A stretch of 64,000 nucleotides of DNA, taken from the NCBI GenBank assembly GCA_038231275.1, contig JBBRLQ010000003.1, positions 448,001-512,000 of the forward strand, in the 5' to 3' direction. The position numbers were made by a program, and so were the translations under genes. Source of the stretch: Polyangiales bacterium (GTDB lineage: Bacteria; Myxococcota_A; Polyangia; Polyangiales; Polyangiaceae). This document shows, piece by piece, positions 9,735 to 18,758 of this stretch. How positions within the stretch are numbered: position 1 is the first letter of the stretch; every line of letters begins with the position of its first letter. The notes under the pieces are model-generated. The model did no database searches and had not been told where the DNA came from. It saw nothing but the letters and a program-made list of their open reading frames with translations.

Positions 9735-9824
9735 CGATCATCGTGCGGTTCGACGTTCGCGAGGTGAACGCCATTCGACGTTTGGGGCCCTTGGCGCGTC
9801 AACATCGAAGGACCGCGATGGCTC

Positions 9825-9905
9825 GCATGACGGAATCGTAGCTCACCGGTGCCAAGCGTGCGCACAGCCCGCCATGTGCACGTGGCCCGCGGTCAACCGG
9901 CGCGC
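9825..9905 (+). repeat. ~80-bp imperfect direct repeat, copy 1
   Basis: Matches 11810-11889; 29 bp identical (9877-9905 = 11861-11889, tgcacgtggcccgcggtcaaccggcgcgc). Confidence 0.9.
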
Positions 9906-9990
9906 TCCACGTTCAACGAATGTTCATCGAGCTTTCGTAATTCGTCGCGCCGCGTTCGATCATCCTCCGCAGTGGATAAAGGAGTTCCTC

Positions 9991-11670
9991 ATGCGACGCA
10001 CGATGACGATGGCGATGGCGGTATTCTCGGTGGTCTCGGGATCGGTCTCCGCGCGCGCCGACGGCTACGCGGTCCATGGCAAGGGGCAGATCGCCTACAA
10101 AGATGCGCAGACGGCGCCGAAGGCGACCTACCGTGCCCTTCGCCACGCCCGTGTGCGCCTCATGGACTCGGACACCGGTTTCGACGAAGAGATCGCGCAG
10201 GGTGTCACCGATGCGTCCGGGCATTTCGACCTGAGCGGCCACGCCGAGGACTGGTGCTGCGGCAACGACGAGAAACCCGATCCGTACATCGAGATCGTCC
10301 TCGAGGTCGACGGGTGGGTCGACGTGGAGAACATCATCGGCTTTTCGTACCGCTACGACTCGCCCGAGCACTCCAACACCGAGGGGTCGATCGACTTCGG
10401 GACGCTCCTGCCCGAAGACGACGACAAGGCGACGCTCTACGCACGCGGAACCGAGCAGTACGACTACTACCGGCAGACGGCGGGCGGGAGCATCCCCGGG
10501 TACGACGGGCACGTGCAGATCGACGTGCCCGCCATCTTCGAAGCGGGCACGCCATGGACGACGCCGGAGGCGATCCACTGGCCGGGTGACTTCACCAATT
10601 TCGACGGCGTGTACCACGAGTTCGGACATCGCATCCGCGAGGCCGCGGACGGGGGCAAGTTGCACTTCGCGTGGGACGCCGTTCGCTTCTGGTACCCCCG
10701 GCATCACACCAACACGCTCATCTCGAACCCCGGCTTCGCGTTCAACGAAGGCTGGGCGGAGTACCACTCGACGCTCCTCGGCGTTCACGGCAAGCCGTAC
10801 GACGACTTCCACGACACGTTCACGAAGTGGGGCGCGCACGACGGCGGCGACGCGTGCGAGGGCAACGTCGCGCACAAGCTGCTCCTCATCTCCAACGCGT
10901 GCGGCGGGTTCCAGAACCTTTGGTCCGTGCTCAGGGGTGCCGGAGAGGACGCGATCCACAGCTATGCCGAATTCCACCGCGCGTTCGGCAAGAAGTTCCC
11001 CGAGTGCTTGAAGAAGGTCGACGGCGTCGCCCCCGTCGCGGGGCCCGACGACGCAAAGGCCAGCGCAGCGCCCGCGAGCGCCGCGGCAACCGGCGGGGGT
11101 CCGCAGGTGTCAGGCGGCGCGGTCACGCTCGTGGCGCAGCTCGCGGCGATGAAGCGCTCGGTCGACGCGATCGACGCGCGCGCGCCGCAGCGCCAACCCA
11201 AGCAGAAGCCCAGCATCGCGTCGCTCGCGACGAAGGCGCCGCAGCTCGCGCCGGTGCTGACGCGTGTGCACGCCAAGCGCGTCGCTCATCTGCAGCGCCT
11301 CGACGCGACCGCGCGCGCCGCCTACCGCACGAGCGTCCTCGGCCTTAAGCCGATGACGTTCCAGACGTTGAAGGATGGGAGCTGGGAGAAGGACATCGTC
11401 GCCGCGCGCTCCAACTTCATCGGCGCGGTGGCGCCGCCCCTACTCGCCGACGTCCAAGCCTTCCGCAAGGATCTGGTCACGGAGCGCGCCGCGGCGAGTG
11501 ACGCGCGCCTCACCAAGTACCTGGACAAGGTCGCGGCGAAGTACGCGCGTGTCGAGCGCGAGGTCCAAGCGGCGCTCGCGTCGCGCGGCGCGAACGGCAA
11601 GATCCCCGAGGTCCTCATGCCGAAGACGTTCCACGGAAGCGCCGCCCCAACGACGACTCCGATCCCGTGA
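9991..11670 (+). CDS. Secreted zinc metalloprotease (gluzincin-type) with helical C-terminal domain
   Basis: AAGGAG RBS; signal peptide; HEFGH plus downstream NEGWAEY third ligand; N-terminal transthyretin-like segment (VRLMDSD..DE..G.TD..G.F). Confidence 0.8.
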   Translation: MRRTMTMAMAVFSVVSGSVSARADGYAVHGKGQIAYKDAQTAPKATYRALRHARVRLMDSDTGFDEEIAQGVTDASGHFDLSGHAEDWCCGNDEKPDPYIEIVLEVDGWVDVENIIGFSYRYDSPEHSNTEGSIDFGTLLPEDDDKATLYARGTEQYDYYRQTAGGSIPGYDGHVQIDVPAIFEAGTPWTTPEAIHWPGDFTNFDGVYHEFGHRIREAADGGKLHFAWDAVRFWYPRHHTNTLISNPGFAFNEGWAEYHSTLLGVHGKPYDDFHDTFTKWGAHDGGDACEGNVAHKLLLISNACGGFQNLWSVLRGAGEDAIHSYAEFHRAFGKKFPECLKKVDGVAPVAGPDDAKASAAPASAAATGGGPQVSGGAVTLVAQLAAMKRSVDAIDARAPQRQPKQKPSIASLATKAPQLAPVLTRVHAKRVAHLQRLDATARAAYRTSVLGLKPMTFQTLKDGSWEKDIVAARSNFIGAVAPPLLADVQAFRKDLVTERAAASDARLTKYLDKVAAKYARVEREVQAALASRGANGKIPEVLMPKTFHGSAAPTTTPIP

Positions 11671-11694
11671 GTCACGCCGAATTCTGCTTCTGCG

Positions 11695-11771
11695 CGTGCT
11701 GGCGCCCGCGCGCTCGAGGGCGCCGATGTCGAGCCCGCGCCCTTCGGACCGGGGCCGTTCTCTCCTGCGCG
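11695..11771 (-). pseudogene. Internally deleted remnant of the VOC/PhnB gene
   Basis: 11740-11765 is identical to 31731-31756; 11695-11734 matches 31409-31448 at 37/40 (LDIGALERAGAST vs LDIAALERAGAGT). Confidence 0.85.
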
Positions 11772-11809
11772 GGGAGCATTGCCCGGCATCGTCGGCGAGG
11801 CGGACGTCA

Positions 11810-11889
11810 GCATGACGAATCGCAGCTCACCCCTGGTGAGCGTGCGCGCAGACGGCCGTATGCACGTGGCCCGCGGTCAACCGGCGCGC
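11810..11889 (+). repeat. ~80-bp imperfect direct repeat, copy 2
   Basis: Partner of 9825-9905; overlaps the 3' end of the small ORF 11827-11997. Confidence 0.9.
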
Positions 11890-11997
11890 GAAGAATCCGG
11901 CGATCGCGACGGCCACGCGGTCGAGCGTCGACAAGGCCGCGCTGAAGGCGACGAGGCTGAACGCCGAGACGAGAAGGACGAGATTGATATCGGACAT
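11827..11997 (-). CDS. Small (56 aa) membrane protein with His-rich tail
   Basis: MSDINLVLLVSAFSLVAFSAAL...GHVHTAVCAHAHQG; GAGGA RBS; GG-N10-GC motif at 12063-12076 upstream. Confidence 0.55.
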   Translation of the reverse strand: MSDINLVLLVSAFSLVAFSAALSTLDRVAVAIAGFFARRLTAGHVHTAVCAHAHQG

Positions 11998-12588
11998 GGG
12001 TCGGTTCCTCGAGGACCATGTCGCGCGGCCGGCCGCGAAATTTCCCAATTCGACGTCGCCTCGCGATCATGGTGCCGCACCCGGCACACCGTCCGCGCCC
12101 CCCGACGTCGGGAGCGTCGCGGATCGTGCGTCCACCCCGCGAGGAGGGTGCAGTCGGCGACGTCGCGGTACCCGCGCGGCGCGGGGTTGGGCGCGACGTC
12201 GAGCGACTTGAGCCGGAAAATTCCGTACGTTGCGCGCGTCGGCCCATCGTGATCGCCAAGATCGGCCCATCGTTGCTCACGATCTCGGCGATCACGTTGA
12301 GGCGATCGAGGCGATCACGTTGGCCGGTATGCGCAGTCAGGGCGGCATCTCGGCCGTCAACGTGCTGGCCACGAGAGCCCCCTCGGCCGGTGCGTCGCGC
12401 GAAGAACCTGTGCAAGGTGCTCGCGTCCTCCTGCGCCGACCTCTCGACCGGGCCGACGCTCTCGCGCGTGCACTGACTCCCAAGAGTCGGACTCTACTGG
12501 CCACTCACGTTTCGACGCCGTCCACTCTAAGGCGGGCAGCACACGATGTAGCTCAGCGCGCGCCCTATCGCCGAACGACTCGACGCGC

Positions 12589-13776
12589 TCACTTCCCGGG
12601 GGCCGCTCCGCTCTCCAGCAAGCTCGCCTGCTCGGCGATCGTGAGCGACTTCCAAATCGCGGCGGCGAGCATCTCTTCGCCGGCGTTGGACGGGTGCACG
12701 TCGCACTGCCCCTTGTTGGGGCCCTCGGTGATCTTCATCGTGAGCCCCGCCGCGCACGGATCGTCGCCGTGTGCCGACGACGCGGCCTGAAACACGTCGT
12801 ACGACTCGACGAACTTGAGGTTCAACGCGGGGTACTTCGCCAGCGCCGCCTTGGCACCGTCGTGGATCTTGGCGTTCAAGATCTTGATGCCCGCGCGGAC
12901 GAGGGCGTCCTGCAAGCGGTACCCGGTGCTGTAATAGAGGACAGCGACGACCGGCCCCGTGTACCCGGTCTGCGCGATCCCATCGAGCATCGCCTCCCAG
13001 TTTCCCTGCAGCTTCACGAGGACGGCGTCGAGCACACCCCCCGCGAGGCACGCCGCGTCGGAGAACGTCTGCACCCAGTTGCACGCGCCGTTCTGGAAGC
13101 GCATCGCGTCGTTGGCGCCGGCGGTGATTGTGACGAGCTTCACCTGCCTCGGATCGTCGCGGAGGACATCGAGCGCGTGATTGAGCTGGGAGATGCCGGA
13201 GCCGAAATTTTCCTTGTTGGCCGCCGTGCCGTCGCGCATGTCGTAGTCGGCGTGGTTGTACTCGCTGTGGAGCGCGTAAAGATGGCGGTTCTCGAAGCAG
13301 TTGTTGTCGTCGACGTGGCGGCCGGTCACCAGGCTCCCCGACGCCTCGCCGGGGCACGCGGTGTTGGCGAGGGTGACGCGCCTTCCGGCGTCGCGCTCGA
13401 GCATGCTCACGAGCGCCTCGGGGTAACCGATCGCGTTGGCGGCCTGATCGGGAAGCTCCTTCGACGTTCCGTCGGGCAGCCAGCTGCGGTGGTTGATGTT
13501 GTAGCCGAAGGCGATCGAGTCGCCGATCGCGAGGTAGCTCGCGCGCGGCGGGACGACGGCGGGCGCCCCTGCGTCTTCTGCGGCGCCAGGATCGGTCGTC
13601 CCCGTGCCGGCTCCCGGCGTGCCGGGGTCCCGCGCGGGCGGCGCGCCGACGGGACGGCCTTCGGTCGGCTCCGCTTGCACCGTCGGAGCTCCCGGCGACG
13701 AGCCGCACGCGACGGCCGCCGCCGCCAAGAAGAGAGATGCCGCCGCGACCACCCCGTTCCACGAGTTGCGTTTCAT
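12589..13776 (-). CDS. SGNH/GDSL hydrolase lipoprotein
   Basis: YLAIGDS, NTACPG, GAND and DVHP blocks; AVAC lipobox. Confidence 0.92.
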   Translation of the reverse strand: MKRNSWNGVVAAASLFLAAAAVACGSSPGAPTVQAEPTEGRPVGAPPARDPGTPGAGTGTTDPGAAEDAGAPAVVPPRASYLAIGDSIAFGYNINHRSWLPDGTSKELPDQAANAIGYPEALVSMLERDAGRRVTLANTACPGEASGSLVTGRHVDDNNCFENRHLYALHSEYNHADYDMRDGTAANKENFGSGISQLNHALDVLRDDPRQVKLVTITAGANDAMRFQNGACNWVQTFSDAACLAGGVLDAVLVKLQGNWEAMLDGIAQTGYTGPVVAVLYYSTGYRLQDALVRAGIKILNAKIHDGAKAALAKYPALNLKFVESYDVFQAASSAHGDDPCAAGLTMKITEGPNKGQCDVHPSNAGEEMLAAAIWKSLTIAEQASLLESGAAPGK

Positions 13777-13873
13777 GAAGATGACAGTGGCATCCCCCGC
13801 GCGCCCACGCATGACGGCGTACGCCACAAGTGCTTGCAGTGCGCGCCATCTCGCCGCCTGGATCGGCCGAGAT

Positions 13874-14878
13874 TCACTCCCCCCGGAACTGGCGCGGCGT
13901 CTTGCCGGTCCACCGCTTGAACGCCCGCAAGAAGGCGCTCAAGTCGGCGTAACCCAAGACGAAGGCGATCTCCCCCAGCGCCATTTTCCCTTCGGAAACG
14001 TGGGCGCGCGCGAGATCTTCGCGCACCGATTCGAACATCTTCTGGAAGCTCGTGCCCGCGTGCGTCAGGCGTCGCTGAAGCGTCCGCGGGCTCAGGCCCA
14101 GCTCCTTCGCGACGATCTCGACGGTCGGCGCCTCGCCGCGCATTCGCTCGCGGACGCAGGCGCGCACCTGCCCGACGAAATCGGGTGCGGGGGGGCGCTC
14201 CGACAGCGCTTGCGTCGCGTGCTCGTCGAGGACGCCGAGCAGCGACGGATCGGCGGTGACGAGGGGAAGCTCGAGGTACGGCGTCGGCACCGTGAAGCCG
14301 TTGGCCTCGGCGTCGAACGTGATGTCGAGCGTGCCGAACGTCTCGGTGAGCTCGTCGACGCGGCGCGGCCTCGGGTGGGCAAACCACACGCGCCCCGGGA
14401 TCAGGCGCTCGCCCGAGAGGAGACGCGCCTGCTCGAACAACGTGGCGACCAGGCACTCGTTGGCGTGCCGCCCCAGGCAATGGCGGACGCCGAGGATGCT
14501 CTGCTCGATCGTCGCCGCACCGTCGCGCTCCTCGTACGTCACGACGAAGATGTCGTTCATGAGCGTGCCGAAGCGCACGATGCGGAGGAACGCCTCACGG
14601 ACCGTGGGCGCCGATCGACACGCATACTCCATGACCCCATAGACCCCGCGGCGGTACGCGCCGGCGACGTGGAGGCCCATGAAAGGGTCTTTGCTTTCGC
14701 GCTCCGCCGCCTCGAGGAAGGCGTGCAGCCCGGGCAGCGGGAGGACGACCTCGGTGTCCGTCTCCACGGTGTGCGGCAGCCCGAACTCGCGGATCAGGCC
14801 GTCGGCATCGCCCCCCTTGGCGCGCACGTAGGAGACGGCGAGCCCGACCATGCGCGAGCGTATGTGCGGCGGAGTCAC
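13874..14878 (-). CDS. AraC family regulator (OruR-like)
   Basis: C-terminal double HTH (LSPRTLQRRL...EIAFVLGYADLSAFLRAFKRWTG); start approximate. Confidence 0.95.
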   Translation of the reverse strand: MTPPHIRSRMVGLAVSYVRAKGGDADGLIREFGLPHTVETDTEVVLPLPGLHAFLEAAERESKDPFMGLHVAGAYRRGVYGVMEYACRSAPTVREAFLRIVRFGTLMNDIFVVTYEERDGAATIEQSILGVRHCLGRHANECLVATLFEQARLLSGERLIPGRVWFAHPRPRRVDELTETFGTLDITFDAEANGFTVPTPYLELPLVTADPSLLGVLDEHATQALSERPPAPDFVGQVRACVRERMRGEAPTVEIVAKELGLSPRTLQRRLTHAGTSFQKMFESVREDLARAHVSEGKMALGEIAFVLGYADLSAFLRAFKRWTGKTPRQFRGE

Positions 14879-15052
14879 GGACGCCGATCCAACCGGAAAC
14901 GGAGGCCGCCTGCAATGCCGGGCAGCCTCCATCCTCGATCGAGCGCGTCACCCCGACCAGATCGCGGTTCCGCTCGTCCTCCCTGTGCTCCTGCATCACG
15001 GGTCGACCTCGCGCGTGCTGCACACGCTGACGCGCCTCGTACACAAACGCTC

Positions 15053-15282
15053 TCATCGCGTTGGCCGCCGACGCTTCCCAGGTTTGCGCCCTAGCATCGC
15101 CAGGTCCGCGAGGTCCTTCGGTCGACCCGCGGCGCGCTTGTTGAGGATGAGCTCCGCGCGTCCGAGCACCGGCAGCTTGAGGCCGTCCACGTCGACCTCG
15201 ATGTGGCCGCGCCAAGCAGCCTTCCAACTCACGCCGCTGATGGACGTAGGATGTCGATGCGCAGGGGCTTTCGGCCGAGCAT
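15053..15282 (-). pseudogene. C-terminal fragment of a nucleotidyltransferase, frameshifted
   Basis: GRKPLRIDIL [1-nt deletion near 15248] TSISGVSWKAAW...LPVLGRAELILNKRAAGRPKDLAD; N-terminal catalytic half absent. Confidence 0.75.
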
Positions 15283-15415
15283 CCCGAGGGCGAGGCTGCG
15301 CGTGAAGACTATCGGGTCACCGCCGAACGTTACGGCGGGACCAGCCGAGCGTCGTTCGACGAGATCACGGCGTGGCTCGCGAGCCGTGCCAGGTAGACGC
15401 GGACGCGCGGCGTCC

Positions 15416-15652
15416 TCATCCGTCACCCCCAGCATCGACCGGAACGAACCAGTTGTGACAGACCCCGCCCTCCCAACGACACCCCTCCGACGACGAGCAC
15501 GTGGACGGATCGGGAATGCACAGACAACCGCCATTGCACAACGGGCTCGTCGAGGACGGTGGCGAGGAGGAGGAGGAGCAGGCTCCGAAGAAGAACGCCA
15601 CTGTGGTCAGAAACAGGACGGACACCCAAGTGAAGTTCCTTGCAAAGTTCAT
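15416..15652 (-). CDS. Small Cys-rich lipoprotein (78 aa)
   Basis: FGAC lipobox; six further Cys; DAG tail; sigma54 motif upstream. Confidence 0.7.
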   Translation of the reverse strand: MNFARNFTWVSVLFLTTVAFFFGACSSSSSPPSSTSPLCNGGCLCIPDPSTCSSSEGCRWEGGVCHNWFVPVDAGGDG

Positions 15653-15665
15653 GGGACCGCCGCAA

Positions 15666-15681
15666 CGCAACTCCGATGCCA
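15666..15681 (-). promoter_or_regulatory. Sigma54 -24/-12 promoter
   Basis: TGGCATCGGAGTTGC on the minus strand, near consensus, 14 nt from ATG 15652. Confidence 0.65.
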
Positions 15682-15883
15682 GTACGCGGGCGAACGCTAC
15701 GCGACGCGCGCCGGCCCGTCGGAAACGGGGACGAAACCTGTTCGCTCCGGGTTTTCCGATCTGACTCAAGCTGGCGCCCGCTACTTTCGTGACGGCACCG
15801 TCCCGGCAGCTGCCGTTGCGCCGGCGAACGCTCGCGAGACGCGAGCCCCTCTCCCCGAGCCGCCGGCCTCGAACCGCGAGCGC

Positions 15884-16495
15884 GCTCGCAGCCGCGCACG
15901 CGCGCCCTCTCGAGCGCGCGGCGCGTGGGAGTGACTAGCGGCCGAAGCCACCGAGCCGCGTGAGCATCGCCGCCAGGCGATCGAGGAGCACGAGAACCGC
16001 CTCGGCGTCTTGCTGAACGACGAGCCCGAGCGCCATCGCCGCTTCGACGGCCGCTGCGGCTTCGTTGGCCTCGGCGCGAGAACGGCGAAAGCGTTGGCGG
16101 CGATCGTTGCCCTCGCGCGCCGCCGCCTCGGTGAGCTGAAGGTACGCGCCGAGGAGCGCACGACGAAGCTGATCGCCCAGCGTGCCGTAGCCCCGAGGCA
16201 GCTGCCTGACCAGCGCGTCTCCCGCGACGAGCGCATCGCGCGAGACATGGAACGCATCGAGACGATGATGAGTAAAACGTGCAATCTGCATGGAAGGAGC
16301 CTCCTTGCCCGGAGCGCCGGGCCTCGATCCCTCGAAGCGCAGGCGGCGTGACGACGCCGTGCTCGCGCATCGCGTGCCCCCGTCGGCGTTGGCGCGACGC
16401 GTGCGCGGTGGTCGAGGCCCGGCGCTCCGGGCGAGGAGGCGTGCGAGGGGCGAGGTGCCGGCTCGAGGCTGGCGTGCGCGTGCGCGGCTGCGAGC
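15884..16495. mobile_element. Inverted-repeat-bounded unit carrying a four-helix-bundle gene
   Basis: Perfect 20-bp IR: gctcgcagccgcgcacgcgc (15884-15903) and its reverse complement (16476-16495); no transposase, no visible TSD. Confidence 0.55.
15935..16291 (-). CDS. Four-helix-bundle protein (23S rRNA IVS protein / TIGR02436-like)
   Basis: HHRLDAF..S..L...LPRG...L.DQLRRA..S/G..L...E...R..R.F..SR.E..E pattern; AAGGAGG RBS. Confidence 0.88.
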   Translation of the reverse strand: MQIARFTHHRLDAFHVSRDALVAGDALVRQLPRGYGTLGDQLRRALLGAYLQLTEAAAREGNDRRQRFRRSRAEANEAAAAVEAAMALGLVVQQDAEAVLVLLDRLAAMLTRLGGFGR

Positions 16496-16899
16496 ACGTG
16501 GCCCGGCCCGACGGCGGCGGTCCGCGGCGGATACACGACGATGTCGTAGGTCTGCGGCATCGTCGTGCCCCACGCGTATTTGTGGAAGAGCGAAGCGGGC
16601 GGCTCGACGTTGGGGCCCTCCCAGATCATGCACGCGCCGCACGTCTCGCAGTTGCCGACGGTCGCATGGGCGCATGCTCCGGTCAGGGAGATGCCGAAGC
16701 GGTGCAAATAGAATTGATAGACGCCGTGGACGCACTGGCCGCTCGTGAAGCCCGTCCAGTCGCCGACGGCGCCAGTGACTGCTTCCGAGGGCGTGCCCGC
16801 CGACTCCCCGCCAGGCGCGCTCGCGCAGCTCGCGACGGCCACGACCAGGCCCACGAATGAGCCAAAAACACCGACCAATCGAGGACGAACCGTGAACAT
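16495..16899 (-). pseudogene. CHAP-domain (peptidoglycan hydrolase) lipoprotein truncated after the catalytic His
   Basis: VASC lipobox; GQCVHGVYQFY (Cys) and PQTYDIVVY...GHV (His); homology stops at the IR. Confidence 0.7.
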
Positions 16900-17022
16900 G
16901 CGCCGGACCTCCCGTCTGAGTGCGAGCGGACACTAGCGCTCGCGGTCCGCAGAACGGCGCCATTCACGGGCAGAGTCGCGCCAAGTGTGCCGAGCCTGCC
17001 GCCGGACGAATCGCGCTATCCG

Positions 17023-17739
17023 TCAGCCCACGCCGAGGAGCGGGAGCGCGACGTTCGGAATGAAGTCGACCAGGAAGTGCGTGACCATCACGGCGAGTAG
17101 GTCGCGCCGCTTCCAGTACATCGCGGTGAAGACCAGCGCGATCGCGCCGGCGATGACGATGCCCGCCGGCCCCTGTCGCACGTGGAAGAGGGCGAAGGGA
17201 ACGACGGTCAGGGCCGTGGCGAGCAGGCGGCTCCCCGTCAATGTCCGAAGGCGCTCGAGCGCGTAGCCGCGGTAGAACGCCTCCTCCGTCACCCCTGCGC
17301 GCAGCACCATGAGGCCGGTGGCCCAGAGCGGAGGGATGAAACGATCCGGCTCCTGAGCCCCCACCTTCCAGTGCATCACTTGCGCGAGCGCGATGCACGC
17401 CCCCAGCACGACGATGCACGGCACGAGCCCGACGAGGCCCCAGAGCACGGAGCGCCCGGGGCGCGCGAGGCTCCACCCGATCGACGACAGCGGCAGTCGC
17501 TCACCCTTGCGCACCAGCACGAGGAGCACGCCGAGGAGGGCGAAGACGCCGAGCTCCCTACCGACGAACGAGCCGAGCGACGTGGGGTCGCCGACGTCTA
17601 TCTTGAGCGCCCAAAGGAACGCGGGCGTACCGAAGACGGCGAGCACGAGGCCAAGGGCCGTGATGAGGCGGCGACGTTCGGGCGAGCGTTCCTGCATGGG
17701 GGACTCGGGGAGGATGGCGTGCGCGATGTCGTTGTTCAT
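17023..17739 (-). CDS. CPBP (CAAX protease/Abi) intramembrane metalloprotease
   Basis: EEAFYRG, FALFH and HFLVD motifs; multiple TM helices. Confidence 0.93.
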   Translation of the reverse strand: MNNDIAHAILPESPMQERSPERRRLITALGLVLAVFGTPAFLWALKIDVGDPTSLGSFVGRELGVFALLGVLLVLVRKGERLPLSSIGWSLARPGRSVLWGLVGLVPCIVVLGACIALAQVMHWKVGAQEPDRFIPPLWATGLMVLRAGVTEEAFYRGYALERLRTLTGSRLLATALTVVPFALFHVRQGPAGIVIAGAIALVFTAMYWKRRDLLAVMVTHFLVDFIPNVALPLLGVG

Positions 17740-17744
17740 GGTTG

Positions 17745-17790
17745 ACCTTACGGTGTAAGAACATTTGAACCATGAACCTTACGGTGTACG
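17745..17790. promoter_or_regulatory. Two TetR-type operators in the divergent promoter
   Basis: Palindrome CTTAC-ggt-GTAAG (17747-17759) and near copy CTTACGGTGTACG (17778-17790). Confidence 0.75.
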
Positions 17791-17801
17791 GTGTCAAGTC
17801 G

Positions 17802-18416
17802 ATGCCCCGACGATCCGCCGCCGTTCGCCCGCCGCTCACGCTCGACCGCATCGTCGCGGCGGCCGCCGAGCTCATCGATCGCGAGGGAGCGGAGGAGCTC
17901 AGCGCCCGCAAGCTCGCGGCCACGCTCGGGTGCGAGGCGATGTCGCTCTACCACCACGTGCCGAGCATGGGTGTCTTGCTGGATCACGTCGTCGATCAGG
18001 CATTGTCGTCGCTCCCTCCTCCGCCGCAGGGATCGCCACCGGTCGCACAGCTGCGAGCGATGGCGCGGGCTTACCTCGCGCTCGCGGGCGCGCGCCCGCA
18101 TGCGTTTCGCGTCATCGGCACGCGGCGCATCCACACCGCGGTGGGCGTCGCGTTCCAGGTGCGGTCGATCGAGCAGCTCGTGACCATCGGGCTCTCGACG
18201 CGTGATGCCTTGCGCGCGTCGCGCGTCCTCTTCGTCTACTTGAACGGCGCTGGCCTCGCGATCGCGAGCTGGCGCCTCGACGCCGTGCAGCCCCGCTTCC
18301 ACTCTGTGCCGGGCGGCGTGCCGCGCGATCTCGAGAAGCTCTCGACCCGCGCGTCCCTCGAGAAGGACGCACTCTGGGGACTCGAGGGCCTGCTGCGAAT
18401 GGTGACCGGCCCCTGA
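17802..18416 (+). CDS. TetR family regulator
   Basis: LTLDRIVAAA..LID..G..LSARKLA..LG..AMSLYHHV HTH; TetR_C-like domain. Confidence 0.95.
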   Translation: MPRRSAAVRPPLTLDRIVAAAAELIDREGAEELSARKLAATLGCEAMSLYHHVPSMGVLLDHVVDQALSSLPPPPQGSPPVAQLRAMARAYLALAGARPHAFRVIGTRRIHTAVGVAFQVRSIEQLVTIGLSTRDALRASRVLFVYLNGAGLAIASWRLDAVQPRFHSVPGGVPRDLEKLSTRASLEKDALWGLEGLLRMVTGP

Positions 18417-18758
18417 TCGATCGTCCTACGACTCGATGCCGACGTGCGCGAACCCAGGCCGTGAGCCATCGCTTCCACTCACCGCGGACGCAGGTCGTCC
18501 TCGTAGGGCGAGCGCGCGAGGATGCCGACGCCGTTCACGAGCGAGAAGTGTTCCTGCCGGACTCCACCTGGACATGAGGGTCTCCGCGAGGCACGCCCGA
18601 CCCGCACCGCGCGAATGGATCAGCAACGCGCATGCCACACGCGAATAATCCGCGAGAGTTGCCTTCACCTCCGGCTGACCACGTCAGCTCGTCCCGATCG
18701 CGCGGTCACCTATGGGACGAGCTGGATTCGACGCCCTCGGGCGACGACGTCCAGAGAG

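Noticed and set aside
12051-12321. Recurrent CGACGTCG palindromes and short duplications (tcggcccatcgt, ggcgatcacgttg) as a CRISPR or iteron array
   Set aside because: Units are short and irregularly spaced, the 8-mer is common throughout this sequence, and there are no cas or rep genes
15935-16291. Diversity-generating retroelement (Avd-like gene)
   Set aside because: No reverse transcriptase, and the repeat pairs in the window do not show adenine-specific mismatches
15781-16899. 372-aa ORF reading through the whole IR unit (intein-like or fusion protein)
   Set aside because: After GHV the translation is low-complexity and overlaps the real four-helix-bundle gene in another frame; open frames are common at this GC content; no intein motifs
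18426-18750. Possible gene remnant between TetR and PP2C
   Set aside because: No frame gives a recognisable motif
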